A DNA stretch of 35,932 nucleotides, from contig NC_068987.1 of the NCBI RefSeq assembly GCF_001194135.2, forward strand, positions 94,042,493-94,078,424, given 5' to 3'. The first letter of the stretch is position 1. Each line of letters starts with the position of its first letter. This document shows positions 11,582 through 24,332 of this stretch, piece after piece. The stretch comes from Octopus bimaculoides (taxonomy: Eukaryota). Under the pieces are notes generated by a model, which was given only the letters and a program-made list of their open reading frames with translations, was not told the origin of the DNA and made no database searches. The position numbers and the translations under genes are program-made.

Positions 11582-12032
11582 AAGAGAGAGAGTGACAGAA
11601 ACAGGGGTGGTGAGAGATAAATATATATATGCATANNNNNNNNNNNNNNNNNNNNNNNNNNNNNNNNNNNNNNNNNNNNNNNNNNNNNNNNNNNNNNNNN
11701 NNNNNNNNNNNNNNNNNNNNNNNNNNNNNNNNNNNNNNNNNNNNNNNNNNNNNNNNNNNNNNNNNNNNNNNNNNNNNNNNNNNNNNNNNNNNNNNNNNNN
11801 NNNNNNNNNNNNNNNNNNNNNNNNNNNNNNNNNNNNNNNNNNNNNNNNNNNNNNNNNNNNNNNNNNNNNNNNNNNNNNNNNNNNNNNNNNNNNNNNNNNN
11901 NNNNNNNNNNNNNNNNNNNNNNNNNNNNNNNNNNNNNNNNNNNNNNNNNNNNNNNNNNNNNNNNNNNNNNNNNNNNNNNNNNNNNNNNNNNNNNNNNNNN
12001 NNNNNNNNNNNNNNNNNNNNNNNNNNNNNNNN

Positions 12033-12151
12033 ATATATATATATATATATCGATAGATAGATACATACGTACATACATACATACATACATACATACACAT
12101 ACATACATACATACATACATACATACATAATACATACATACGTATCATGAC
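12033..12151. repeat. (TA)n(GATA)n(TACA)n microsatellite
   Basis: Read directly. Confidence 0.95.
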
Positions 12152-12362
12152 CATCATCATCATCATCATCATCATCTAACATCCGTTTTCTATGCTGGCA
12201 TGGGCTGGGTGGTTTGCCAGGAGATAGTAGGGCCGGAGGCCGCACTAGGCTCCATTGTCTGTTTGGTACGGTTTCTATGGCTGGAAGTGCTTTCTGGCGC
12301 CAAACACTTTACAGAATATAGTGGCTGCTTTTTACGTGGCACCAGCAGAGAGAGGGTCACCT
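12152..12362 (-). mobile_element. 3' tail of a non-LTR retroelement or SINE ending in (GAT)n
   Basis: Reverse complement reads GGTGCCACGTAAAAAGCAGCC...CCAGCCATAGAAACC...CCCATGCCAGCATAGAAAACGGATGTTAGATGATGATG. I recognise this as an abundant Octopus repeat end; the parent clade is not assigned. Confidence 0.65.
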
Positions 12363-13210
12363 AGAAACTTACAAGACAAAACCACCGTCAGCTGGGAGGA
12401 GGGGGTAGTAGTGAGGAAGGGGTGGGTGGCTTTGTGCCAGTTGATGCGAGATTAGAGGTGTAGAGGAGCAGAGGTTGAGAGCAGATACATGAATACTCCA
12501 GTAGGAGAAAGAAAGGAAGGTGAGACAGAGAGGAAGAAGAAGTGAGCGGGTGGTTCAGTGAGTAAGAGCGGGTACTCTTTGCCTGAAAAATAAATGGTAG
12601 GAATGACTTAACAGGAATGCTTTTAAAGAAGATCGACCAAGACAACCACACCAACACCAACATCACCAAACATCCTACTTTATCAGATTCAAAAGGAAGT
12701 TATCATCTTCCTTTCATCTTTATTTCTCGACTTAACTTTCTAATTTATCTGACTATCGACCTCACCTTTAGACATGAAAGTTGTTTGAATATATTTACAT
12801 CTACACAACTAATTAAAAAGGAATCATCTCAGACATTGAACCGCTTTTATATTTTATTTGCCAGCGATGTGTAAGAGAAGAAGTTATATGATTCAATTAT
12901 CTCATAGCATATGTTATCGACCAGGAGACAGTTGTGAGCCGAGGTCAAGGTAAAGAGATGAAACTTCAATACGGGGAAGTATTGTCTCCTTCACCCTATA
13001 CCTTCTGACACTTCACTTGTCTAATGATTTATCGTTAACTAGTTCGATTCCGCACAACTTTCACACCTCCTCTCACTTATAATATCTTCTATATTCAAAC
13101 CTAAAAAAAATCATTTATCTTTTACATTACAACATCCAACTCACTGGAGCTAAATGAAGAACTTACAGGTAATTAACAGACATTATTGCAAAGAATACTT
13201 TTAGAGCTGA

Positions 13211-13515
13211 CTGGCTCTACGTCGGTTACCACGACGAGTGTTCCAGTTAATCCGATCAACGGAACGGCCTGCTTGTAAAATTAACACGCATGTAGCTAAG
13301 AACTCCACAGACATGCGTACCCTCAACGTAGTTCTCGAGGAAATTCAGCGTAAAACAGAATGTGATAAGGCTGGCCCTTTGAAAAATAAGTACTGCTCAT
13401 CTTTGCCAGCGTGAAATAAAGCGTCTTGCTCAAGAGCACAACACACCTCCGTCTATCGAACTGACAACCTCACGATCGCGAGCCAGATACGCGAACCACT
13501 AAGCCACGCGCTTTC
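13211..13515 (-). mobile_element. SINE family B copy
   Basis: CGTCGGTTACCACGACGAGTGTTCCAGTTAATCCG tail, GTCTTGCTCAAGAG core and AACCACTAAGCCACGCGC head; reverse complement of 7029-7350. Confidence 0.85.
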
Positions 13516-13812
13516 GCAACTTTCAGAACAAGAAATAAACGGAACCACGTTTTTAAATTGATGGACTTGCAGCCGTCCATAGTCAACAGAAACAAAAGAA
13601 ACAACAACAACATAGTCATTACAAACACACGCACACGCGCACACAAATACACATACACACTCACAATATACTTAAACAGTTTATGGTTGCTAATTTGAAC
13701 ATGTATTCAAATACTCAGTTCTCGGCCACTCTATCCAAATGCTCAGTTCTCAGCGGCAGTAGCAGGTGTATGCACTGAAATGACGGCATTCTGGAGTTTC
13801 TCTCCCTAAATA

Positions 13813-13888
13813 ACAAGACAGGATAGTCATAGCTGGGATGTCTTTGATCACGTGACTGTTTATTTAGGACTGACCCAGGGCTAGACAA
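13813..13888. repeat. Dispersed repeat family E fragment (unclassified)
   Basis: AAGACAGGATAGTCATAGCTGGGATGTCTTTGATCACGTGAC...GACTGACCCAGGGCTAGACAA is similar to 22832-23018 and 18400-18638. Confidence 0.55.
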
Positions 13889-13939
13889 ATGCAGAATCCC
13901 TAACACCACGACCATTGCTTCTTTCATTGCACAATCATA

Positions 13940-15500
13940 GCATTACCACCACCACCACCATCACCATCGCCAGAAAGTGAAGCACGAACATCATCATTGA
14001 AAGAAAGTATCACAGACCGTGAGGTGAGCGTCACTTCAACACCACTACCACCACTTCCACCACTATTAATACCAGCTCAGACACCGCAAGCAGTAGCCCT
14101 TCATCATCATAGATGCAACCAAAGCCACTAGCAATTGTGCAATCACCTGCAACATCATCATCGCCAAAACTGCTTCGTCTTTTCCTTCTATTCCTAAGTT
14201 TTGTTGGTTTCGAATCGTAATCGATTCTTGTGCAATTTTTGATTTTGCTCTGTAGGGGTGTTCACCCTACACAAACCCCTTTTTATCTTTGGAAAGAAGC
14301 AGTCCATATTAATTTGGGCTCTACCCTTTTGACCTGTCCAGCATGGAAGGCCCTTCCAGGTGCTCTCACACCCCTGGCATACCATTGAGGGTCATTCAGG
14401 ACCAAACCGCAACAAAGACTGGACATTGTGCTGACCAATCTGATCAATTACCGATGCGTTTGGACGATGATGCATGAAACAGTTTTGAATCAAAACTGTG
14501 GTTCGCAGGACTTTCTGCATGGTACGCCTTGCGGAAAATTACCTTTAATTTTACTTAGCGGTGCGGTTCGTCTGATAATGAACCACATCTCATGTAGCCA
14601 TACTGTCTTTTCATCATTGGTCTGTCTGCCTCGTCAATGCTGACCTGCAGATAACAATAACAGCATCGTCATCACTATCACCAACACTGTTACCACCACC
14701 ACCACCAACACCACCATCAGAATCGCTATCACCACTACCCTCACCACCATTACCGTCATCTCTACTACCCCACCACCACTACGGCACTGCGCTGTAGTCA
14801 CTGCACCGCAATGTCACACCTGCTTGCGTAGTCGTCTGTCTTGTTAGAGACATCCACAGGGAAATATTTGCAGATTTTAATTGAAAAACAACAAAGAGAA
14901 ACTGGGAAAAGATGGACACAAAAGGCAGACGGGAAAAAAAAAAGAATCACCACCACAACAACAACAATGATGACGACAGTAACAACTACAACAACGACGA
15001 TGATGACGACGACAGCAACAGCTATAACCAACTACAATAACATCAAATACACTCAACAAGCAGCGTCGGCAGCAGAAGGAGTCGTAGAAGCAACTCCAAC
15101 AGCAATGGCACCATTTTCAGGAGTAACAGCAGCAGCAGCAACGGCAGCAACGACTATAGTAATAATTGCAGTGGCAGCAGCAGTAGTAACAATAGTAATA
15201 ATATCAGTAATAACTGCTGCAGTAATAACATCATTAACAAGCCGAACACTTAAAGAGGCCACGGAACGTGAAGAATTGTAATCGTAAAGAGCCAGGTTTG
15301 CTTGTTGGTAGGGTGGGGACAGCTTGGATCATTTTTATTGATCCTTCATCAATAACATTGAATGTTGCCAAAAGATAAGTTAACTGGAATAAATTCTCTA
15401 AGATTGACACCTGTCATAACAGAAACAATTACAACCCTCAACAGCAACAACAAGAACAATAACAGAACAAAAGCAACACCGACAACAACAACAACAGCAA
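13940..15500. repeat. Cluster of degenerate CAC/CAT/CAA/CAG/GAC trinucleotide low-complexity tracts
   Basis: Tracts at about 13940-14165, 14655-14785, 14950-15240 and 15435-15500; source of the T/A/V-rich ORFs. Confidence 0.85.
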
Positions 15501-15924
15501 CGCCAATCAAGAGAAATGGCTAAATACCCATTGAGTCTGCGAGAGTATGTGACACCATAAACAGTATCGATAAGAATTATAAACTTCATAAGTTTACTAA
15601 TCCCTCCAGATTAAAAGTAATCCCTTCACAAAACGTGATCATCTCTGGATTCCCGAGTTTGGTAACATTTTCATTCTTGTTGTTATTGTTATGTTTCCAA
15701 TGAATCCTGATGGAGTAAATCTACGATTAAGTAGATCCATGTTCAAAAAGGATCCACCTATCCACCATCCTCTATGCTTTATTCTCATTTAAATGTATTT
15801 TTCTCTCTTTTTCCTTTTTCAAGGCGCTAGGATGTAATTTAGTGGAAATTTTGCTGTTATTTCTAGTGTATTGAAGGACTGTGTGGAGGGTCATTTGGTT
15901 CAATTTCTGAAGTAAATCAAAATC

Positions 15925-16325
15925 AAATATTAACTCAGTGCGATTTGAACTCGGAGCTAGTTCATCGCGTCTTGGTTTCAGCAACACAACCGCCCTGGCT
16001 ACATGACAAATGACATTAATTTCCCGCTTGTGTGAAAGTCTATACACATTGTAGTGAGGTAACTCTTTTACACTGACCCCAGTACTTAACTGGAATTTAA
16101 TTTGTTGATCTCAGAAGGCCAAAAGACTAACTGGACGTTGGCATAATTTGAATTCAGAAAGCAAAGCAATGTAAATGGCCGGTCATTTGTCACACAGAAC
16201 TCCTGCAATAAATTTATTCATTCGTCATTATATAAAGTGTTTTATCTGCTTGTAGACGTGTGCAGACAACCTGAACAAATACCACAAGACATTCTATCTA
16301 ATGCTGAACCAATTCAGCCAGTCTG
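15925..16325 (-). mobile_element. Old, fragmented SINE family A remnants
   Basis: GCGATTTGAACTCGGAG (about 15940), GACCCCAGTACTTAACTGG...ATAATTTGAATTCAGAAAG (16075-16162) and AAATACCACAAGACATT...CAGCCAG (16278-16322). Confidence 0.5.
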
Positions 16326-17245
16326 TCCTCTTGTCTTAATTGGTGTCAAAAAAAAAAAAAACGAAAAGAAGGCCGAGTCATAAGGATTCAGTTCAATGTA
16401 AGTCGTTGGTGAAGTTTGAAGCCAGAATGTAGAAGGAAAAAGCTAAATACTGATTATGTGTTGCATTTATGACATAACTGGAATTTACCGTCAATAGGAA
16501 CTGAAAACTTTGAGGCAATATCGATAATAGTATTTAAAAAGAAAAAAGAGAAAAACAGCTCTAACGATAATAATAGCCAACTAAAGCAGCAGCTACAACA
16601 TCGATAAAGCTAAATGCAGCAACTCTGACAAGAAGCACATTGCAACAACATTATTAACATCAACAACAATCAACAACAATCATATCAGACGCATAAATAA
16701 CAACAGCAATACTTCGAGCCAAATCAAAAATCGATAAGGACTACAAGAACAGCAGTAGGTCTGTCAATGTATGTTCCTTCACACGTCGCCTTTAGGCATC
16801 AATTTACATCCATATATATTGAAGCATGGAAATATCAAAAACCGTTACAAGTATACACTAGACTGTATTATAAATTGACACTGTAGCACACTGCGCCACA
16901 ACATGGAAGTAATTGGTTATTGCTGAGAAAGAGGAATATTCGCACCAAGCGCTGGAGGCTTGTGCATGATGAATTTAATATTGAACCAACTGTTTAGCAC
17001 ACGGAACATGACAAACATGAAATAAGCAATCACCATCAGAAGCAAAAGAATGGATTCAAAATTTGTGAGATAATTGATGAGACTCTAAAGTTGAACCTTT
17101 TAATATTTTAGATTTGAATGTTAGGTGGATTAAGCCATTGGCAGACAGAGTGTTCTGCACTACGGTACACTACCTCTAGACTTGAACTCGCAATTGAATA
17201 ATGCAATGCGATACCTAACCAGCATGTTTACAGCACAATTACGTT

Positions 17246-17282
<37 letters not shown>

Positions 17283-17644
17283 TAACAGGTTAAATAATTC
17301 GTAACATTGTAATTGTCTTACCCAGTTTAGTCAATATTTTACATATTTTATTTGTAATTTATATGTATTTTATTACAAAAATATTTATACTGTGTTCTTA
17401 CCCTCATTAAAGGCCTTGTACGTTATTTTGGTCAATGAAATATAATAATTGCCAGTGACGACCTTGTTCATTCGTTACCTTTCATTTCGGACACTTTTCG
17501 AACACTTGACAAATAACAAATTCAAACATACAACGAAAATCAACAAGTTGTAAAAGAAACCCAGATATTCTGAAAGAATTTACAATTCCCACCTGCAGCT
17601 CGTTTACATAGAAAACATTTTGGTGTTTAATGTGAAGTAAGAAG

Positions 17645-17880
17645 AAGGAAGCGAACTGGCAGAAACGTTAGCACGCCGGGCGAAATGCTTAGCGATATTT
17701 CGTCTGCAGCTACGTTCTGAGTTCAAATTCCGCCGAGGTCGACTTTGCCTTTCATCCTTTCGGGGTCGATTAAATAAGTACCAGTTACGCACTGGGGTCG
17801 GTATAATCGACTTAATCCGTTTGTCTGTCCCTGTTTGTCCTCTCTATGTTTAGCCCCCTTGTGGGCAGTAAAGAAATAAG
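17645..17880 (+). mobile_element. SINE family A, full length, least diverged copy, TTAATCCGTTTGTCTGTCC...AAAGAAATAAG tail type
   Basis: A-box-like TGGCAGAAACGTTAG at 17657-17671; B-box GTTCAAATTCC at 17721-17731; core GAGGTCGACTTTGCCTTTCATCCTTTCGGGGTCGAT. Confidence 0.92.
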
Positions 17881-18049
17881 CATTTCGTCCGTCTTCATGT
17901 TCTGAGTTCAAATTCTGCCGAGGTCGACTTGACCTTTTCTCCTTTCGTGGTTGAAAAAATAAGTACCAGTTATGCTCTGAGGTCGATGTAATCGACCTAG
18001 CCTCTCCCTAAAAATTGCTGGCCTTTTTTTCAAAATTTGAAACCAATAT
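17881..18049 (+). mobile_element. Second, headless SINE family A unit directly abutting the previous copy
   Basis: CATTTCGTCCGTCTTCATGTTCTGAGTTCAAATTCTGCCGAGGTCGAC...GAGGTCGATGTAATCGACC...AAAATTGCTGGCC...AAAATTTGAAACCAATAT; same tail type as 751-974 and 25217-25399. Confidence 0.88.
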
Positions 18050-18399
18050 GAAGAAAGAAACTTTGTGCCGGTCATCCATATTTACTACATTATTTTAACT
18101 CGTGTATAAAAGTCATTTCGTTGAAGAATTACAAGAATCTCCCAAGTTAAGTCTGGCGGTAGTGAGACTTAGAGAAGGCAACATTTATAATAAATTTATT
18201 CATGAATGAATTCTAGAATGTCAATCAAAAGCTAATTAAACCATTTGAACATGGAAAGGTTTGTACAATGAAAGTCTGCCTTCGTGGGCATACACCCATA
18301 CAGGTTGTTGTACAGGTACGACGTGGATAAGTATGGGTTTGGTTCCCTCGGGTTCCTCAAAGTTTAATCGTCGCAAACCAAGAATTATTTATTTAATGG

Positions 18400-18638
18400 A
18401 AATATCGAATTAGAATAAAGTCCTAGAAGCCAACCTCTCCGGGGTCGAACTACAAATAGCAGTTACATGTCCTTTAAATCACATCCTACGTTCTTAAACA
18501 CTGGAAGTACACATTCTGCAAAGTATTCCTCATCTGGCTATATCAAGTAGCTAGGAAAAAAACAGAAGGAATGTCGTTACTTGTAATGCTTTTAGACATC
18601 TGTGTCCTGGATCAAGGCTGACCTGGGGTTAAATAACA
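18400..18638. repeat. Dispersed repeat family E copy (unclassified)
   Basis: CCTTTAAATCACATCCTAC...GGATCAAGGCTGACCTGGGGTTAAATAACA; its end matches 13860-13888. Confidence 0.55.
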
Positions 18639-18775
18639 TAGCATCTGAGTTCCTTAAAACAATAGCAAGTAATTCGTATGAGACATTACAACTTCCATTT
18701 TATGTTTTAATCGAAACAATGAGGTAAGTATTAAAGCTCACCGGATGGCCACATACAATTCATTTGCTGCGATTA

Positions 18776-19100
18776 ACTGGCCCTCCGTCGGTTACGACGA
18801 TGTGGGTTCCAGTTGATGCGATCAACGAAACAACCTACACGAGAAATTAACGTGCAAGTGGCTGAGCACTCCACAGACACGTGTAGCTTTAATGTGGGTT
18901 CTCAGGGAGATTCAATGTGACACAGAATGTGACAAAGCTATCTCTTTGAATTACAGATACAACTCATCCTTGCCATCTGAGTGGACTGCAGTAACGTGAA
19001 ATAAAATGTCTTGCGCAAGGACATAACGCGTCCTCGGGAATTGAACTCACAGTGTTACGATCTTGAGCCGAACGCGCTAACCACTAAGCCACGCGCATTC
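18776..19100 (-). mobile_element. SINE family B copy, full length
   Basis: CTCCGTCGGTTACGACG...TTCCAGTTGATGCGATC tail, TGTCTTGCGCAAGGACA core and GGAATTGAACTC...AACCACTAAGCCACGCGC head. Confidence 0.88.
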
Positions 19101-19578
19101 AGGACTATGATTAAATACCATGTCAAAAGCCGCATTAAAGAAGCTGGCTAATATAACAAGTGCACATCCTGCTGTGAACTATAATGGAAACCGTACTGAT
19201 GAATGAAACAGTATGCCTAAGTTCGATTCCCACGTATCGCCTTGCACCAGCAAATATCAACATGTATTTGCCATTCAATTGTAGTTTTAACCATTAATAC
19301 TTTTCAATATGTTGAATATCCTTGTAAATTACTCTCCTACTTCGCGTGATATTCACTAACATGAAGCTATTTATAAGCTGTTATCTAATCTCCAACTGCT
19401 TATCTTATAATCTTTGAATTACAATTACTTAATTAAATGTATTTCCATTCAAATTTCATTTATTCACCAAATATCGCTTTCATAAATATTCTTTAATGTT
19501 TTTATTTGGTGTCAAGTGTCAGACTGACTTCTTAAAATTTATCTAATTGCTTTAACTTCTCGTGACTTTCTGCATATC

Positions 19579-19613
<35 letters not shown>

Positions 19614-19852
19614 AGTGTTAACTCAACGGTGCGTACTTCTGTGTACCTTTGGTGCATGCAGTGTATTGGATTGAAAATTCTCTGCTTAATGCGTACGGAG
19701 TAACATTTAGTGCTATTTTATGGATTCTGTATCTGAGTGTTAGAATTCTCTTTATTAAATCTGTGGCTTTGTCAATCATTTCCAACATATATCATCGTCC
19801 ATTCGTATCCATCGGGAGCACTGCTGATATTATTTTTGCTTTCCAATCACAC

Positions 19853-19930
19853 ATCATCGTTTTCCAAAGTTTCATATTTTGGTTCCCAGATCTTTTGATT
19901 TTCCACTTCTTCTGTAGACATTATTATCCA
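19853..19930 (-). other. Candidate 78-nt exon (WII)MSTEEVENQKIWEPKYETLENDD
   Basis: Acceptor GTATCAGTTTCAG, donor GAT|GTGTGA, protein-like open frame; no homology recognised. Confidence 0.12.
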
Positions 19931-20825
19931 CTGAAACTGATACACCGATTAACAGAAATATAGTATTTACCTCTAATCTGTCATAATAATACCTGATCGA
20001 TTTTTCTTAATCTCCTCGCCTGTGAGAACTGGCTTCTCCTAGGGTATGGTGTGTTTTTATTCTCTGGAACCTAACACTTCCCCTAACTTATTATTTTTTC
20101 TTGTTTTTATCATTCCCGTAACTTTACAGTATTGTCGAATGAAAAATCTTCTTTTTCTCTTTTTTTAATTTTTATTTGTTCCGCTGTTGCTAACAGAAGT
20201 TTCCGGTTTATTTGAAGGTCGTGGTTTATTTGATCGTAGAAATTTCTACTATTTCTATGTTACAAGGGGCCATTTGCCTGTTGCAGAAAAGTTCCCCATG
20301 GTGTAAGGGAAGGTGATTGCAACTTTCTTCGCGGAAGTAACATCAATGTTGAAAAAACAAAAGATATATACACTCCCGAAATATAATTTCTAAGCGAAAG
20401 ACAGAAAAAAAATCAAAATGATTTCAAGTACAGATAATTTGATAAGCACAAAATATGTTAATAAGAGGAACAATGTAAAAACCAGCAGGAGCTTTTGCTA
20501 ACGTTACGAGTGTAAGGTTGGACATGCTCCTCGGTGAAGAAAAATTATGGAAGAATTACGTCACGAAAGGAGAAGTTTCTTGCGTCGAAAATTCTAACCA
20601 AGAAACAGTAAAGAGAAAAAAATGATGCACTTTTGTTTCCCAAAAGAGAAACAAAAACGGAGTTGGACTTTACTGCTTACATCGACGGCCTGCCATGACT
20701 CTCGGATTGGGATGAGAAAATCGGATAACAGCTCAATAAAAAAAGAAAAAGAACGGAGACTTTGCGGCTGACTATACGAGGCACACTTTACTGGGGCTCG
20801 ACGGTCTGTCCCACGCCCCATGAGC

Positions 20826-20921
20826 ATACATACATACGCATGCATATATGTATGTATGCGTATGTATGTATGCGTATGTATGTATGTATGTATGCATATA
20901 TGTATGCATGTACGTATAAAA

Positions 20922-20985
<64 letters not shown>

Positions 20986-21165
20986 GCGTTTTAAGAGATG
21001 AAAGAGAGAAGAAAAGAGAGTGGGTGGTGTCAATTGCCTCAGCCATGTTTAAATACCACCTTAATGGTATTCTGAATCATCATCATCATTATCATCATCA
21101 TCATCATCATCATCACCACCACCACCACCACCACCATCCTCCACCATCCTCCACCATCATCCTCC
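20826..21165. repeat. (TATG)n/(TG)n and (CAT)n(CAC)n microsatellites
   Basis: Read directly. Confidence 0.95.
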
Positions 21166-21986
21166 ACATCGACTTCATTCTATAAACGTTATTGTTTATA
21201 AACCGTACATCATTTAACCCTGCACCTTACAAATTGCTTTCATTCGGCGCAACACACATTTATCGCGTTCCTTGTCACTTTGCTTTATTGGTTCTCTCGG
21301 TCTTTNNNNNNNNNNNNNNNNNNNNNNNNNNNNNNNNNNNNNNNNNNNNNNNNNNNNNNNNNNNNNNNNNNNNNNNNNNNNNNNNNNNNNNNNNNNNNNN
21401 NNNNNNNNNNNNNNNNNNNNNNNNNNNNNNNNNNNCTCTCTCTCATTCTCTCTATCTCCCTGTCTTTCTCCCTCACCTCTCCCTCTCCCCCTTAAGTCTC
21501 CAGCTGCTCTCAATTTGTTTAGTCGTTTCATACTCTGAAGTTGCTTCTGATATCTTCCAAATTACTTCGAAACCTAATCAAATCGCTGCCAATTCTTCGT
21601 TGCTTTTCCCGTCTCTAGAATGGTTTCTTAAAGTTCACTTTATTGATTCGAGTAGCCATCTAGCTCCCTGGAATTTAATCATCAACCAATTGTTTCTTGC
21701 AATATCCAGATGCTTATTATATCCACCCAATTGCAAACGGAACCTTTGAAGTAATTAATCCCAGTGCCCAGCTGTGTTTAATGCTTCGCTAAATGGAAAA
21801 TAATACGACAATATAAAACAAAAGAAAATAGAAAATATGAAAAGAAAAGATGATGGATCAGAAAGTATTAGGACATATTTAGCACAGGCCACGTGATTAA
21901 CAATCCCATTCCGTGTTCTTTTATTTTCTTTTAATGTAATTTGTTTTTTGTGCTTCACTATCGCAAAGTGTGGATGGTTCGTACAA

Positions 21987-22225
21987 TAGTGTTTCTCAAC
22001 CGTTTTTGCCTGTTGACCCCTTTCATTGGTGTTTTAGTCTTCTGGATCCTCATATTGAAAAAAATGCCTTTTATATTTTTTATAAATAATTATTAAGAAT
22101 TGGAACACAAAAAGTTTTTATATTTTGTGTATTATAGAAGTTTGACCGATTTATTGTTCCTAAATTTTAAAAACCTGTTTCTATGGATCTCTGATGGTCA
22201 TGTGGACCCCAGTTGAGAATCAGTG
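21987..22225. mobile_element. hAT-type (Charlie-like) MITE, about 239 bp
   Basis: Left end TAGTGTTTCTCAAC; right end GTTGAGAATCAGTG (11/14 complementary, CAGTG-type hAT termini); subterminal GACCCC motifs at both ends; AT-rich interior. No intact 8-bp TSD. Confidence 0.7.
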
Positions 22226-22455
22226 GACTTGTTGATAAACAAACGATAGGGCAGCAGTTCTGGGTGGTGTGTTGCGCAAAAGGGTTGAACTGAAAACGGG
22301 TATCACTGAGTNNNNNNNNNNNNNNNNNNNNNNNNNNNNNNNNNNNNNNNNNNNNNNNNNNNNNNNNNNNNNNNNNNNNNNNNNNNNNNNNNNNNNNNNN
22401 NNNNNNNNNNNNNNNNNNNNNNNNNNNNNNNNNNNNNNNNNNNNNNNNNNNNNNN

Positions 22456-22560
22456 GGCAAAAAAGACCTCGGAAGAATTTGAACTCAGAACGTAAAGACA
22501 GACGAAATAGCGCTAGGCATTTCGCCCGGCTTGGTAACGTTTCTGCCAGGTCGCCGCCTT
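22456..22560 (-). mobile_element. SINE family A 5' half (3' part in gap)
   Basis: GACCTCGGAAGAATTTGAACTCAGAACGTAAAGACAGACGAAATA...AACGTTTCTGCCAGGTCGCCGCCTT. Confidence 0.88.
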
Positions 22561-22831
22561 ATCACCAGAAACAGAATAATATGAACGATTTCTACAACTT
22601 TAACGACAATTACAACAACAAGACCATAATGAAAACCATAACAGCTCAGTCACAGTATAGATAAGATTGTGAACAAGTTAACTTGTTTAGAAGTCGGTAT
22701 GGCTGTGATGAGTGTGAGTTTTTTAATGAAGTAACCGCTATAGTCAATATGCTTTTTGTCTATTTACATATGAGAAAAAGAGGGAAATAAAGCGAGAAGA
22801 GAGGGAGAAAACGAGAGAGGGAAAGCGGGAG

Positions 22832-23018
22832 ATTACGTGTTCAAACACCCTTTGAAATTTCCCTCAAACTGAATCCAACATTTGTAGGAGATGGTAAGGA
22901 GACCTTGACTAACATAGTCTTACATTGCCGTGTATATCAAGAAAAAGACGGTGATGGTCGTAGTTGGAAATGTTTGATAATTGGTCACGTGACTAGGAGA
23001 TTGTCTGGAGATCAACAA
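22832..23018. repeat. Dispersed repeat family E copy, diverged
   Basis: AAGACGGTGATGGTCGTAGTTGGAAATGTTTGAT...GTCACGTGACT matches 13813-13858. Confidence 0.5.
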
Positions 23019-23039
23019 GGATTTCAAATACAATGAGGC

Positions 23040-23560
23040 ATTAGTCGGGGGCGTACTTGTTGATTAAATTGGTCTCCCGGATTGATTGGTATTTTATTTT
23101 ATCGATCAGTTTAGGATAAAAGATCAAGTAGAACTTGATGGGACTCAAACTCAGAGGGTAAAGAGATGGATCAAATACCACAAGGCATATTCTTTGACTT
23201 GGTGTTAATTAATAGCCAGGAACATAGCTGTAAAACATAACATCGGCAGCTGTTCTTGTGCGTTTCCTGAGTTTCAGACACTTCCATCAAATGAAGAATT
23301 GTAGAATTCAGCTATTTCTTTTCTCTTCGAATTGTCCATAAAATGGTGGGAAAAAGTTTGGTGGGGTCGTAATGTGAAAGCTTTTCGTGGTTTTTAATAA
23401 AGCTAATTCCGAGAGAGCGAGAGAAGAGAGAGAACTTTTTCAATATTTTACTGATACATTGGCGAACTCGAAGAAATAAAAAGTTGGCGTCTGCAGGATT
23501 TGAACTCAGGGTGCAGATGGGTGCCACAGAAATTACCGATGCTCTAACGACTCTGCCAGT
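23040..23560 (-). mobile_element. Two degenerate SINE family A fragments (about 23040-23200 and 23470-23560)
   Basis: GGTATTTTATTTTATCGATC...AAACTCAGAGGGTAAAGAG...AAATACCACAAGGCAT; GGATTTGAACTCAG...CTAACGACTCTGCCAG. Confidence 0.55.
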
Positions 23561-23709
23561 TAACGTCAGGGTATGAAATATGACAACTTCAACAAGAGCG
23601 ATTCAAATATCTCGAAAATCAAACAGCATCATAAAAAAACATACCGACGCCTTCAACGATGATCTTGACCTGCTTTACTCTTTTCCACCAAAATACTCAT
23701 ACATACCAG

Positions 23710-23710
23710 C

Positions 23711-23742
<32 letters not shown>

Positions 23743-24276
23743 TCTATCCCATAAAAGTACACACCTACCCCTATAATATAATCTTCTGATCTGTACTTAA
23801 ATTTCTTAGTGCTGCCATATTTTAATGACTATTTTTTTATAAATCCTAGTCATTATCAATATCTATTTCCTACCCGCCACATATCTAATCTCTGTCTCAC
23901 CACTGATTCTTCAAAATAACACCACACACACACAAACACACACACACACACAGACACTTACACACACACACTTACACACACACGCATACACACACATACA
24001 CACATACACACATACACCCCACCCCCCACACACACATATATACGTATGTAAATATCATATATATATATGTATATAAATGTATACGTATGAGGATATGTAT
24101 AATCTTATGACTCATTTAAAACTAAATTGTATCTAAGTTTGTTATAAACATATATCCTTCCTTCTTTCTGTTGCCCAAATCTAATCTATAACTTGCGATT
24201 CATTCGTCATTCTGAGATATTACGCAGCTATGAATCAGATCAAAGGTTACTTCTTGTAAAGAAATCTGCTAACCAT

Positions 24277-24332
<56 letters not shown>

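Noticed and set aside
12908-12949. 42-nt AG...GT bounded segment (YVIDQETVVSRGQ)
   Set aside because: Poor polypyrimidine tract and no homology; expected by chance.
14841-15281. 146-aa Thr/Ala-rich ORF
   Set aside because: Explained by degenerate CAA/CAG/GAC/AAT trinucleotide runs; no splice or homology support.
18294-18338. Small hairpin ACCCATAC...GTATGGGT with an inner stem, pre-miRNA-like
   Set aside because: Stems are short (8 bp and 6 bp) with large internal loops, below what a pre-miRNA needs.
19649-19963. 104-aa hydrophobic ORF on the + strand
   Set aside because: TTG start, no recognisable domain; F/I/L richness is expected from T-rich DNA.
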